Positions 52,401-64,000 of a stretch of DNA of 64,000 nt are shown here, piece after piece. The notes under the pieces are model-generated. The model was given only the letters and a program-made list of their open reading frames with translations. It ran no database searches and had not been told where the DNA came from. The position numbers and the translations under genes were made by a program. The DNA comes from Vermamoeba vermiformis (Eukaryota). Positions within the stretch are counted from its first letter, which is position 1. Every line of letters begins with the position of its first letter. The DNA lies in the NCBI GenBank assembly GCA_045837725.1, contig JBEWZL010000017.1, forward strand, positions 1 through 64,000, written 5' to 3'.

Positions 52401-54463
52401 CTTTCTATAAAAGGTTATTCCTTATTAGTACATGTGTCACGTGGTAAATTGAAATCGGGATTTAATTTGTTACGTACGTTCTCCGCTGCGTTTAGATACT
52501 GTTTTGTGCGCAACTTATCAACAGCCAATTTAAAGCTGTTTAATACTGGATCGAAGTACTTTTTGTGGCCTGAGATAATATCTGCGCTCTAATCCCGAAA
52601 AGAATAATGAGAATGCGGTTTTGGGGTCGTGGGGGTATCACATATAATGAATCCACAAACTGGACGGGAAGGTTTCCTTACCTTTTTGTTCAAAGCTTTG
52701 ATCTCTTCGCTGACAGGTTTATCGGGGATTTCAATGAGCAATCTTTCGGCTTGCGCGGTGTGGAAGTCAATGAACGACTTGAAGATGGACTCCAAGGATC
52801 TAAACCCACTTTCGATCGTTTCGACACGCTGTACCTATTAAATAACATTAATTAGTAGGGACGTTGGAGGTGTTGATCGAGATATAGGTATATTTTTCGT
52901 AGGAGCTAACTCCGTGGATCAGATCCCTAGATCACATTACTTACATCCACACTTGAATCGAAAGTTGGAACGTTCCGTTGATTGAAAATTGAATTTTTGG
53001 TGTCATCGAACAAGATTTTTCGCCCGATAATCTCCCGGGAGCTCTCCAAGTCACTCGTCAATTTTTGTTGAACTTTCGTCATGGCGTGTTCCCTCTCGCT
53101 CATTAATTGTTTTGTTCTATATAATAGTATTAGATAAGGCACTGTTAAGCATTATACGCGATTTGATGGCTATTTAATGCCAAGGGTAGCGTTAAACTGC
53201 CGGTTCACAGACTTTCATGAACTGCATCCGGCTAATAATTTTAAAACGAAAATTATTTCTTGCACAATAATTGCACACGTGCTTCTAATTTTAAACGATT
53301 TGTACGTGCACCGGAATGCGAGTAACTTCAGAACTTGCCTAACTAGTGAATCGGCCAAGTGATCGAGTTTCATATTCAACTCGTTGTTATTCTCCATTAA
53401 TTTTTCTACGGTGCTTTTATGTTGGTTCTTCGCATCCTCAAAATCTTCAGTTTGTTTTTGCAAATCTTTCTTCAACTTGTCCATTTTTTGTTGTAACATG
53501 GTCGTAGTTTGGTCATGCAACTTTTTACTCTCCGTAATAGAATGGTGAAGTTCCTCTGAAATAAACGAGTGGGATCAGATCGGAATTTGCATGGGATTTG
53601 ATTTAAAATAGTTATTACGGTCGTATATATGTATATTAAATTTACCATTCTCGTGGATCTTCTTTTGTAACTCTTCCGTTAGAATATCGATTTCATCTTT
53701 CTTCTTTTGAAGCTCTTGTTTGGCGCCACCAGAGAACCAACCGCCGCCGCTTGATTTACTTTTCTCCTTCAAAAGTACATATTAGGCGTCGGCACATACA
53801 TGGGTATAATAGTTATATAGTATAATGATACGTTGTTAGTTTGGAAACTTTCTGAGATCTTCGTGGATCGAGCAAGAACCGACGAAGAAATTTCGTTCAA
53901 ATAAGGTATCTTGACGTATAACAATGGCTCACATAATAATAACTTACTTCTTGAATAGTTGTTTGCAAAGCGGTAACTTTTTTGGTTAATTGTGTGTTGT
54001 TAAAGGTCAGAATGTCATTCTCTTCTAAGGCTGCCCGAAGCTTAATTTCTTTTTCTTTCAAATTCGCTTCTAATTGTTGATTTTTTTGTTGTTCCTAAAA
54101 TACACGTTAAAAGCTAAATTATTTTGCTCGATCAGGTAGTATGACCTGCGGTTATTACCAAAATTGCGAAAAAAAGATACAATATTTTTAATAATTACCT
54201 GTACGAATGCTTTCTTTAATATAGCATTTTGGGTCTTAATTCGTGATAGTTCTTTCACTAATTTTTCTGCGGTGTCCAGATCGCCTGTATAACGACACCT
54301 TAATTATTTCTATACTTTACTCATGTTCTTTTAATATTTTTAAAGCTGCAATATTATAGGAGCATTTAATAACGAAAGCGAAATTTGAAAAAATCGAAAA
54401 AAAATTTCTAGCCACATCCGCGACGAATATCAACGTGTACTTACCGCTATTATTTTCTTCCAT
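49431..54463 (-). CDS. PPP1R21: PPP1R21 (KLRAQ-domain/FERRY subunit) homologue
   Basis: N-term KELSRIKTQNAILKKAFVQEQ..EENDILTFNNTQLTKKV; ILFDDTKNSIFNQRNVP; C-term TTRTNYEGQLQMMSEHL; last exon 49431-49544. Confidence 0.85.
49636..49651 (-). terminator. Pol III oligo-T terminator of the 5S gene
   Basis: Minus strand reads TTACTTTTTTGCTTTTT right after the 5S 3' end. Confidence 0.7.
49652..49770 (-). rRNA. 5S rRNA gene (119 nt)
   Basis: GGGCACGACCACAC..CCCGTCCGATCAGCGAAGTTAAGC..TTAGTACTGGGGTAGGAGACTACCTGGGAATC..GTTGTGCTCT; the ends pair (helix I) and T-runs follow. Confidence 0.96.
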
Positions 54464-55620
54464 TATGTTCTTGCGCTAATTTAATATTATAAGCTGCAAC
54501 TTAACGAATCCAAGATTTTCTTTGATCAACCCGAAATTTAACTTACTCCAAATGCTTTAGATGTGATATGCCATGATACAATAAATAACTACTTGTGGTG
54601 GCTAATCGATAGGCCTCAATTAAATTTGAATTACCGGCAAAATTTTAGTTCTTCAATTCAACCATAGCGCAAAACAACAGCTCAATAGACCGGAATCCAA
54701 ATGCATCCAACCCTCCGTAACGTTTGGTAAGGCTCTCAACGGCACACAATCGGCGATTGCGGTTGATTGGAATTGGTACTGCGGTTAGTTTCCGTGAAAA
54801 GAATGTCACGAGCTTACTTCAACCTTTCAGAAAGAGATAATTATCTGGTGAGTTCGGGCAATTTTTTAAAATTAGTACAACTTTTAGTGCGTTCGATTTT
54901 GCCTAATTTTGTAAAATTTAGATCTTACATTCGAGCAATTATTTTACGAGAGACTTCATGGCTTTATTGTATCTTGTGCCATACTATCAACGCTCGGGCA
55001 TTTTTTAGGACCGATTTTAGATTCAAAGCTTTTCTGAAATCGAAGCACAAGTGGTTGATCTGATTTTGTTTTTTTTTCTGCAGGCTTGCCGACACTTGGC
55101 AATTAGTGGTTCTTGGCACGTTGTCAACTTGGCAGCGGAAAAGTAGCGCGCTATCAGTGAAACATTGAATGGGACATGTTCCTAAAGATTGCTCATTATT
55201 CCTGAGCTCATCGCCTGATTACGAAATCGATCCTTTAAAGGTTGCATATGGTCAGAGTAAGATCAAGTACTATCCTCACGAGCGTTTAAACATTGTCTCG
55301 TGTTGCGGGATAATAGGCTTAGTAAATTTGTTACTTTTATTATGAATCACAACATGCGGTCAAACGCCGCTATCGACCTCCTTTAGCTCTATTTCACTAG
55401 TTTTTCTCAAATATGACACTAATATCTCTCACTTAGCATAATGCGACCGTCGATATCGCTGGGAAAGTTGCTTGATTTTAGGGGTAGACTTTTACTAAAA
55501 ATGGAAATGGCAGCGCAAAATAAAAGAAGAACTGGACTCCCTTTATTTTATTCTGTCACTCGTTCGCGAGATAAACACCACACGAGACAACTAAACTGAA
55601 AAGTACTCGAAAAGAAGAAG

Positions 55621-56565
55621 ATGACTGCTGCGTCAACCAAGAGGATCCGTTTAGCGACGTACTGCACCGCCCAAGAAGTCGAAAAGTCGGCTAGATACAA
55701 GGACGTTTACCAGAACAAAGCTGCTAAATCCATTTTCCTTGACCTCTTGAAATCAAACTGGACTGGGTAAGTTCACTAACGGACACAATTTCAGGATTCT
55801 TGATCTGACGCTCTATTCCTTAGCAATACCACAATCAAGATTCCTTTGGAAGAGTTCGCCCACGTAGTCTGGATGACTTACCTCCTCCGCACACCTACCA
55901 ACAAGGGCAACGTCAAGCGCGACAAGAAAGGCAACAGAGTCGTCGACAACGAGGCCAAGAAGTGCATCCACAACACTGAACCATCTCACTTCCTCTCACT
56001 CTCGGACAACGAAAAGGAGAGCCGCTGCATGCACGTAATCAAGCACTTGCGCAAGTACTTTAAGATCGTCGACGGCAAAACTGAATGGTCTGTCACGCAC
56101 CCGAACTTTGCTACTGCAAAGTCACTAAACGAAGAAGTAATTGAAAACATTCTTCCTAACCGCAACGCTCCTGCCAACAACAAGTCCGCGCCATCGCCCC
56201 GCGTTTGTCGCACACGTTCGAAGAGGAAACGCACAGACTTGGAAAACGAGGATGAGTGTTCCGCAACTACTGAAAACCGAAAACGACGAAGGAAAAACAG
56301 TGACTCCGATGTGGCTTCTTCATACGACAGTGCATCGGATGTCGTTAGCTCGCCCGATACATCTTTCTACCAAGCCCCTGATTCACCGTCAGATCTCGAA
56401 CAACCCCAATCTCCCGTGATATGTGACAGCGCCACATTAGGAGATTTCCAAACTACTAGCCTAACCCCCCAACCCCACGTAGATTTATCATGGTATTCGA
56501 TGATGGCTCATCCTTCATTCTACTACTACCAAGTCTATTTCCCAGCGTTAAACGCCTGGGAATAA
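55621..56565 (+). CDS. Hypothetical nuclear protein, two exons
   Basis: MTAASTKRIRL..SNWTG|NTTIKIPLEEF splice; basic clusters RTRSKRKR and RKRRRK; Ser/Pro/acidic tail. No family recognised. Confidence 0.65.
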
Positions 56566-56968
56566 GACCAGGAGCGGTCCGATCTCGTGTAATTTAGTTG
56601 TGCACGTGTTTACCGAATGCAGTTTATCGGTTCAATTTTGTACAAACTTGTAATATTGTAAAATAGAAAGCGGTTATAAAAGATTAAAATCAAGCTACGA
56701 GTATCGCGCTCAGTTTTGATCCTCAGTTCCGAAAAGGAAATGTCAACTTTGCGATTGATCCGATACGATCTAAACGTTGATTTTAATGTGCCTAACGGTC
56801 GTTAGGTTAAGTCTTACTTCAACCGAATCGAGTTAGACAATAGCCGATCGAGAAAATGATGCAATTTTTCTTTGCCGACTCTTATCCTTGTAATATAGTT
56901 GTAAATACACCATTCACCAATTTATGTAAGAGTATTCCAACGAACAACAATTACGACCAGTATAAGCC

Positions 56969-59066
56969 ATGAAGAGGACGGATTCAGCTCCATCTCAGCA
57001 AAGCAAAAATGCTACCGCTCCAGCAGTGAACAATGCAGTAAAGAATTTGCCCGTTAAAGAATTAAAAACTTTGGAAGGACACACGGCATCCGTAGTAGCG
57101 GTAAAATTTAGCAGTAAGGACAGCATGTTAATACACAAAAATATTTATTTAAATTCTTATGACAAGCAAAAAATACCGAAACTTCTATTGTTAAATAAAA
57201 GAACAGAATCTGAATTTTTCCTGCAGGTAACGGAAATTATTGCGTAAGTGGCTCTTACGATCGAACGTTACGTTTGTGGAATCCGCAGAAAGGAACGACT
57301 ATTAAGGTCTATAAAGGCCATGGTTATCAAGTTGTGGACTTGGTTATGTAAGTATACGCAATTGGCATACTGCCGAGTTACTGTAACTAATTTGTCCGGC
57401 AGATCCAACGATAACACTCAGATTGCGTCTTGCGGAGGAGATCGCGCTCCATTTCTTTGGGATGTGTCGTCAGGAAACATTATTAGAAGATTTAAGGGCC
57501 ATGATCAGGTATGAATTACCTTTTTATTCTCAAACTCTATCTCGGCAAATCGTCAATTTTAGTTTTTTCCGCCGCAAATTTCTTTTCTGATATAGTTAAT
57601 AGTTTTTGGCTCGTGCAAACTTGATTAACGATCTTTCATTCTATTATTAGCGATTGAATTGTATCGCCTGGAATTCGGACAATTCAGTATTGGCCACTGG
57701 ATCTTACGACAAAACGGTCAAGTTATGGGACTGCAAGTAAGTTTGATTGCGATAATTTAATGCGGTTGAAAGCGTAACAATTATCTCCTTTTGTGCCGGT
57801 ATTTACAAAATGCCATGTTAACTCACAAACTCCTATTTTTAGGTCTCGAAGTTTCGATCCGATTCAGACGCTCGAAGAAGCGAAGGATAGCGTATCATCA
57901 ATATTCATATCTAGTCAAGAGATCATTACAGGGTAAGTTCTGGTATTATTAATTAACTTACTGCCGGAATCACACATACATTTTGCAAGTAGATTTCCTG
58001 ATCTGCGACTTATTTTGGTTTGCTGTATTTTTGGCTAATACTGAATTGCGTATCTAGGTCAATTGATGGGCGCGTGCGAGTATATGATATCAGAAAGGGC
58101 GAGCTGCGGTCGGATTACATTGGGCGTAAGTATTGCCACAAAATGGCGTTACAAATTGCCAAATTTCAGCACATCCGGAGAACATCCATATTAAATTCCA
58201 TATGAAATTGAATCATCCTTATGAGTATATGATACTGATTCAAATCCGTTCGTGAAAAGTTTGATTCTGAAACATCCCACGAAGATCGGAGACGCTAATC
58301 ATAAAATTTTTATAATTATGGCTCGCCTATATTAATCTCCAGTGTACTCATAATGACTTGTTTATATAGAGCCTGTTACTAGTGTATCACTCTCGCACGA
58401 TGAAAACATTTTATTAGTAAGCACTTTGGATAGCACCATCCGCTTGTTGGACAAAGATGATGGCTCTTTATATCACGAGTACGTAGACATGATTAAATAA
58501 TGATACACTAAGGCGCAATTCTATTTCGATCCGATTTATCCGCGTTGGATGTGATTGTTTCGTAACAATTATTTTGAATTGTTTCGGGCTTCTTTTGCCA
58601 GTTGACAAAATAGTATACTAACCCGGTTATCGATAGATATAAGGACCATAAGAATAAGGAGTTTAAGATCGATAGCATATTCACCATGGATGACGCACAC
58701 GTCGTGAGCGGATCTGAAGACGGCAACATTTACTTTTGGAGTCTTGAAGAGGTAAGCCTATACTTTAGTCATTATATTCCTATATTTAAGTCCGTTTCAA
58801 AATCGTTCTGAAAGTCTGGCTGCTAATCTTTGCACGAAATTTTTAATTGAAGTAACCGGATCCTGTCATTTCTGACACTTGCCGAAAAACTAAGTAATGG
58901 CTAACGATGATTATCATAGGGAGAATTGGTTTACGTCGCTAGGGCGCACAAACAGATGACTACCGGCATTTGCTATCATCCTAATGAATGTTTCATGTTG
59001 AGCGCATCTGCAGATCACACAATCAAGTACTGGGGATCGCCATCTTATGAATTGAATGTAAATTAA
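56969..59066 (+). CDS. WDR83: WD repeat protein 83 (MORG1)
   Basis: GNYCVSGSYDRTLRLWNP, IASCGGDR..LWDV..IRRFKGH, WDCKSRSFDPIQTLEEAKDSV, SIDGRVRVYDIRKG, VSTLDSTIRLLDK. Confidence 0.93.
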
Positions 59067-59379
59067 TCACACCCCACATGTAATAAAGTCATTTCGAAGT
59101 TAACGTGTATTGTTGCGTGTCTAAAACCGTTCACCGAAAAGCACGTCGGATAATCACCGCGGATGCGAGATCTAGTACACCGATTTTGTACTTTATTCAG
59201 CATTATTTAAATTACTAAATATGTCTTGGCGTAATATGATTGCGGAGCACTATAATTTAAAGTGTTTCAGTTCCACAATAGTGAGTGTTCTTTACACAGA
59301 TTTTTTTGCTTCGCTAAAATAAGATTTATATAAAACAAAATGAAACACGACAAGATAAAAACAATAGCCTATAGCTTAA

Positions 59380-61877
59380 TTATGGATCTTCGTCGTCTAC
59401 AGGCGTATAGGTTCTGCTCTTGTTATAATTACGCTTCTCCATGCAGCGGTCGATTGCCTTTTTGATCCAGTACGCAGATCCGCCTACAAGCAAAACTCCA
59501 AAACCGGCGATCTAAAGGATATTTTATAATTAATATATATATTTAACAATAATAGTATATTGAAGCGTTACCTGAATTTTCCAATCAGTCATGGCAATAT
59601 TAAAGCCCGCAACAAGGAAGGGAAAGACGCTCAATAAAATAGCGCCGACTTTGCCCAAAGGCACGGCAAAAGGTCTTTCCATATTAGGCTCGGTGAATTT
59701 CAAGCGAATGAAGGTCAAGCAGAGGATAATCGCGTGACAACTGTAGAAGATGGATTCCATCTCTACCACGATATGGAAGTCGAACAATACGAGAACAGAC
59801 GTCGTCAGCCTGCAATAGTAAGTTACGTTAGTACTATAGTTAACTTCAAAATAAAAAATAATTCTCTCCGCAACATCCGGATTTGTTTGTTTCAAAATTT
59901 AGGACGCGGGCAGAATCGATTTATAATTGGTAGAAATAACAGTACTTACGTAAAGAACAACATAGAGACGAACGGCGTGTTGAATCTCGGCAGAGTCTTT
60001 GAAAAAATCTTCGGAATGTAACCGTCCTCGCTAAACGAGCTGAGCGCGGCTGAAGCGGTGTGCAAATAGGCGTTGTACGTGCCTAATGAGCTCACTAGAC
60101 CTCCTCCAGTCTATAATATACAAAATTGTGTTAATCAGATGAAGAGTAGGTCACATCCAGAAGTATCTTCAGAACTCGATCGAGATCAGTGATTAAGTTC
60201 AACATTAATATTCAGGTCATTGCAATTATTAGCATCATACTCTATCATACTAAAGAGCGAGTATCTAAGCTTTACTTACGAATACTAAGGCTAACCAACG
60301 ACCGCCCAAGTTTTCAGCCACGATCGGGTACGCGCCTTCAGTCAACATTGCAGGGTCTGTAGTAATGGCAACAATGGCACCAACGGGCAGCAAGTACGTC
60401 AACTAATATATAGCAATCATATTAGCACTCATGGAGAGCCTTCATTAGGAGTTACGAGGTGACATCCGCTCGTTCAGTACTTACAGTCATAAGACCAACA
60501 GTCGAGGCCATAGCCACTGGAAACGTCTTTCTAGCGTTCTTAACATCGCCTATATTAATAAGTACCTTAGTATCACATTTCAGAGTCAGATGTGGATTCA
60601 AAAGTCTCGATCCATTACCGAGCAAGCTAACTTCGTTGCTTCGTATAATATGCATGCGATGCATGCTATATTGGCATTCGCTACTTACCTATCAAAAATC
60701 CAGCGTACTCGTAGCCACACGTAGCCCAGATCAGAACACTTAAGTAAAGACCTGGATCCCAATCACCTTCCTTCACCAGCCATCGACTAATGGTATATAT
60801 GGTTAATAACGTACTATTGGATCTTATTATACTATCAAATCGCCAATGGCAATGAAAGAATGAATTTAGAGGCGTTTTTGAGATCGTGTTACATACTTTG
60901 GATCGAAGTCAGGAGACATTGAGGCCATGACGATTAATATAGCAAAAGGTATTAAAGTGAGCAATGTGAACACTTTTGAACTATTGCCGACGGATCCAGC
61001 ACCAAACATATTGATGCCTAAGCAAAGTAGAATAAAAGCAATACAAAGCAAATATTGCTCCCTAAAATAGTAAACAAATTAATACGCGATCCATACCCTA
61101 TAATATAGTATGATATTTACCAGTAAGCAAATTCGATTAAGGACTCGGTATAGGAGATAAAAATTAAAGGATAAACAGCCAGATCAATAACAATAGTTAT
61201 AACCATGATCAGCGCATCCAAATACGACAAAAAATCTCCTAAACCTATATAATATAATTAATTAGTAATTTTGAATCTATAATCTTATATTTTTACGAAC
61301 CTCGACGGATCCAGAGCAGAAATCCGCCAGAATTTGGCATGGAAGAGCCTAATTCGGCAGTAATAAGCGCAATAGGCATACTCCATAACCATGGCACGCA
61401 AATAATGCCTAATAAGCCAAAGAACGGCGGAATTGCACCACCAAGATCTGTAAATTGACGTTAATTTACTAATTCGATTATTTATCGAGATTAGCGTTAC
61501 CTTCAGTACCATATGAACCTCCACATACAAGAAAGAATACAATTGAGATCAAGGCGATTCGGCCAAGGGACTTTCAGAATACGAAATATTGTTAATTTAA
61601 TAAATAAAATCTCGGTGTTTTAATTTTAAGACAATGTTAATCGATCCATCTCTATTTTTGCACGATCGTTAATGTAATGCCATCAATATAATTAATTTTG
61701 AAAATAAAAATAAATGTCAAATTCAAATTTTCGAATAAATTGGATGCCGATAATCTGAATTAACGACGATTGGTGCTTATTCGCCTATCATTTAATGAAC
61801 CATACCTTGGTCGACTCGTCTTGATCTCCTTTTGCGGATATCAACGGATCGGCGTCATTGGCGGAAGATTCTGCCAT
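59380..61877 (-). CDS. APC-family amino acid/polyamine permease
   Basis: YSFLYVGGSYGTE, WSMPIALITAELGSSMPNSGG, GLRGYEYAGF..GDVKNARKTFP, LKFTEPNMERPFAVP; multiple TM helices. Confidence 0.88.
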
Positions 61878-62396
61878 CCACAGTAGTTAACAAGATGCGA
61901 GTGCAAAAAATGAGCTGAATTTTGCACGATGTTCCTGTAATAACAAATAATATCCTCTAATTAATAAAGGACTTGTTGTATTCAACACTGAGTCGAAGAT
62001 AAAAATAAAACCGCGAAAGTTCACAAATAAAATTCCAAAAATATCACAGTTTAACTAAATAAAATGCTAGTATCATATGCAGCACGACATATTGAAAAAT
62101 TACTTTGGTGCAAAAAGCTACATCCCACTATAAAATTTTACTTTGTAAACGTTTGTAAGAGGCTTACGAGATTAATACCGTGTTAGGGCTCGTAATATGT
62201 AGTATACAACTGTGATCTGACGGACAAATGAGGGTCCGGTAACGGTACAACCTTTTTAAACTTTCTCCGCAGAAATTTTGCGTAAAATGGATTTAACAAT
62301 CAAAATTCGTCACCCAGTTTGAATTAACTATTTTTCTTAATAATACACTTGTACATCAACCGTATATAATTGTAGATAGTATACTAGTAAATAGAA

Positions 62397-64000
62397 ATGG
62401 CTGGAATTGGAACAGGGGTAAGATTCGCACTAACAATTCAAACTTGCTTATCAACTGCACCTCATCACTATTCCCTTGTTATTATATCAAACACAGCAAT
62501 ATTGTGTCGGAATGCGACTATGATATGGAGATAATACACGATTAAAATCGAAAAAGTTTTTCAGATGGAAATAATATTTTTAAAAATTTATAGAACGCAG
62601 TGGCAGCTTTATAATTGATTATATATCGGTTATATATTTATTTATAACGTAATATTGTATTTATATTGATTTTTTCCTCTTTAGTATGATGTATCTGCGA
62701 TGACTTATTCGCCCGAAGGCAAAGTCTTCCAAATTGAATACGCACACAAAGCAGTCGATAACAGTGGGTATGTGATAATATATAGAAAGCGATTTGGACT
62801 TGAAATTGATCAAATCACCTCAAAAATTTCAAACTACTTGATCGACGAAAAAATTTTCATCAATCATAAATCGACTTAAATATTACTCAAACACTTGATC
62901 CATCATTACAGCATAATATATCATAATACAAATATTTTTTCCACGGTATTTTCTTTGTTCTAAGCTAGTTTTCTCATGCTAGTACCGCGATCGGTCTGCG
63001 TTGCAAAGACGGCATTGTCCTCGCCGTAGAAAAGATTGTGCCCTCAAAAATGCTCGAATCCACATCTAACAAACGCATTGGCACTATTGATGAGCACGTC
63101 GGTTGCGTAAGTACTGAAATTTAACTCGATCTGCTTTGTCGCGAACAACTTTGCTTGAAAAACTTGAAATTTGAATGTTTCTTCGTGCATATCATTAAAG
63201 TCATTATATATAGATGATATATAATGCATATTAATTGATTTTAATGTTTAGGCCATTGCTGGTTTGTTGGCTGACGGACGACAATTGATGAACAGAGCTC
63301 GCCAAGAGGCTGAATCTTATCAGTAAGTCTCCTATTAATATCTAATATAGTCCTCATTGCCATGTGAGCTATCACAATTTCCAGATAAGGAAATTATTAT
63401 TAAGATTAGAAATCGACCTCAAACTGGGCTTCTCACATTGCAAATTTTTGGTCAGAAATTAATCTTAAATCGATTTGAAAAGACTTATAGATATCATTAT
63501 ACTAATACTATTGCTATTATAGCCACAATTTCAACTCAGCTATTCCTCTGCGCGTGCTCAACGACAGAATTGCAGGATACGTTCAAATGTTCACTTTGTA
63601 CGCTTCAGTTCGACCATTCGGCTGCTCATTGATCTTCGGAGGCAAGGACATGCATGGTCCTCAATTGTTTATGGTTGAGCCTTCTGGTATTTCATATGTA
63701 AGTGACTCGCTATTGCGGATGTGGATGTGCAGATCTTTAGTCGTTACACGAAGTTACGGCTCTTCTAACTCGCAGCTAAATCAGTCTAATGTGATATATG
63801 CATTGCGTTCATGTGACTTACATATTTAATAGGGTTACTACGGCTGCGCTATTGGTAAAGCTAAGGCATCCGCCAAGACTGAAATTGAAAAGCTGAAGTT
63901 GACTGAAATGACTTGCCGCGAGGCTGTTAAGCATGCTGCTCGAATGTAAGTACCGTTAATTATATGAAGCAAGTATTGCACAGCTCTTCGTGCTTCTTAA
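62397..64000 (+). CDS. PSMA3: 20S proteasome subunit alpha type-3 (alpha7), 3' truncated
   Basis: [55 protein letters not shown]. Confidence 0.96.

Noticed and set aside
55255-55275. TAAGATCAAGT resembling U2 snRNA
   Set aside because: Lacks the GTAGTA branch-pairing sequence and the 5' stem of U2.
58220-58275. Possible intronic C/D snoRNA in WDR83 (ATGATA..CTGA)
   Set aside because: The C box is imperfect, there is no terminal stem, and I could not identify an rRNA-complementary guide.
1-64000. Prokaryotic systems (CRISPR, operons), tRNA genes, autonomous transposases, alternative genetic code
   Set aside because: The DNA is spliceosomal-intron-rich and eukaryotic. I saw no repeat-spacer array, tRNA cloverleaf or transposase/RT motifs, and genes end in TAA, TAG and TGA normally.

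Overview
This is a gene-dense, AT-rich eukaryotic window in the standard genetic code, with many short GT-AG introns (mostly about 45-60 nt). The gene content suggests a free-living amoebozoan-type protist (inference). About 23 spliced genes were modelled by hand, so internal splice sites and some start codons are approximate. Conserved genes: CAF-1 p60, PUS1, a cytochrome P450, SEC11, an eIF4E, copine, ArgRS, RhoGAP, CRYL1, PPP1R21, WDR83, an APC permease and proteasome alpha7. An accessory stretch (~17.6-34.6 kb) lies among them. Five highlights follow. (1) One spliced ~1,350-aa gene is built from six F-box-like + Cys-rich modules in (A-B)x3 order, with a single-module paralogue 11 kb away. 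(2) A Crinkler-like SAM + P-loop NTPase + restriction-endonuclease-fold gene has an apparent mitochondrial presequence. (3) That gene sits in a CpG-depleted island and carries a MITE-like insertion (ATAT target duplication) in its last intron. (4) A 5S rRNA gene is nested in the last intron of PPP1R21. (5) A CLU-TPR gene has a decayed TPR paralogue nearby.
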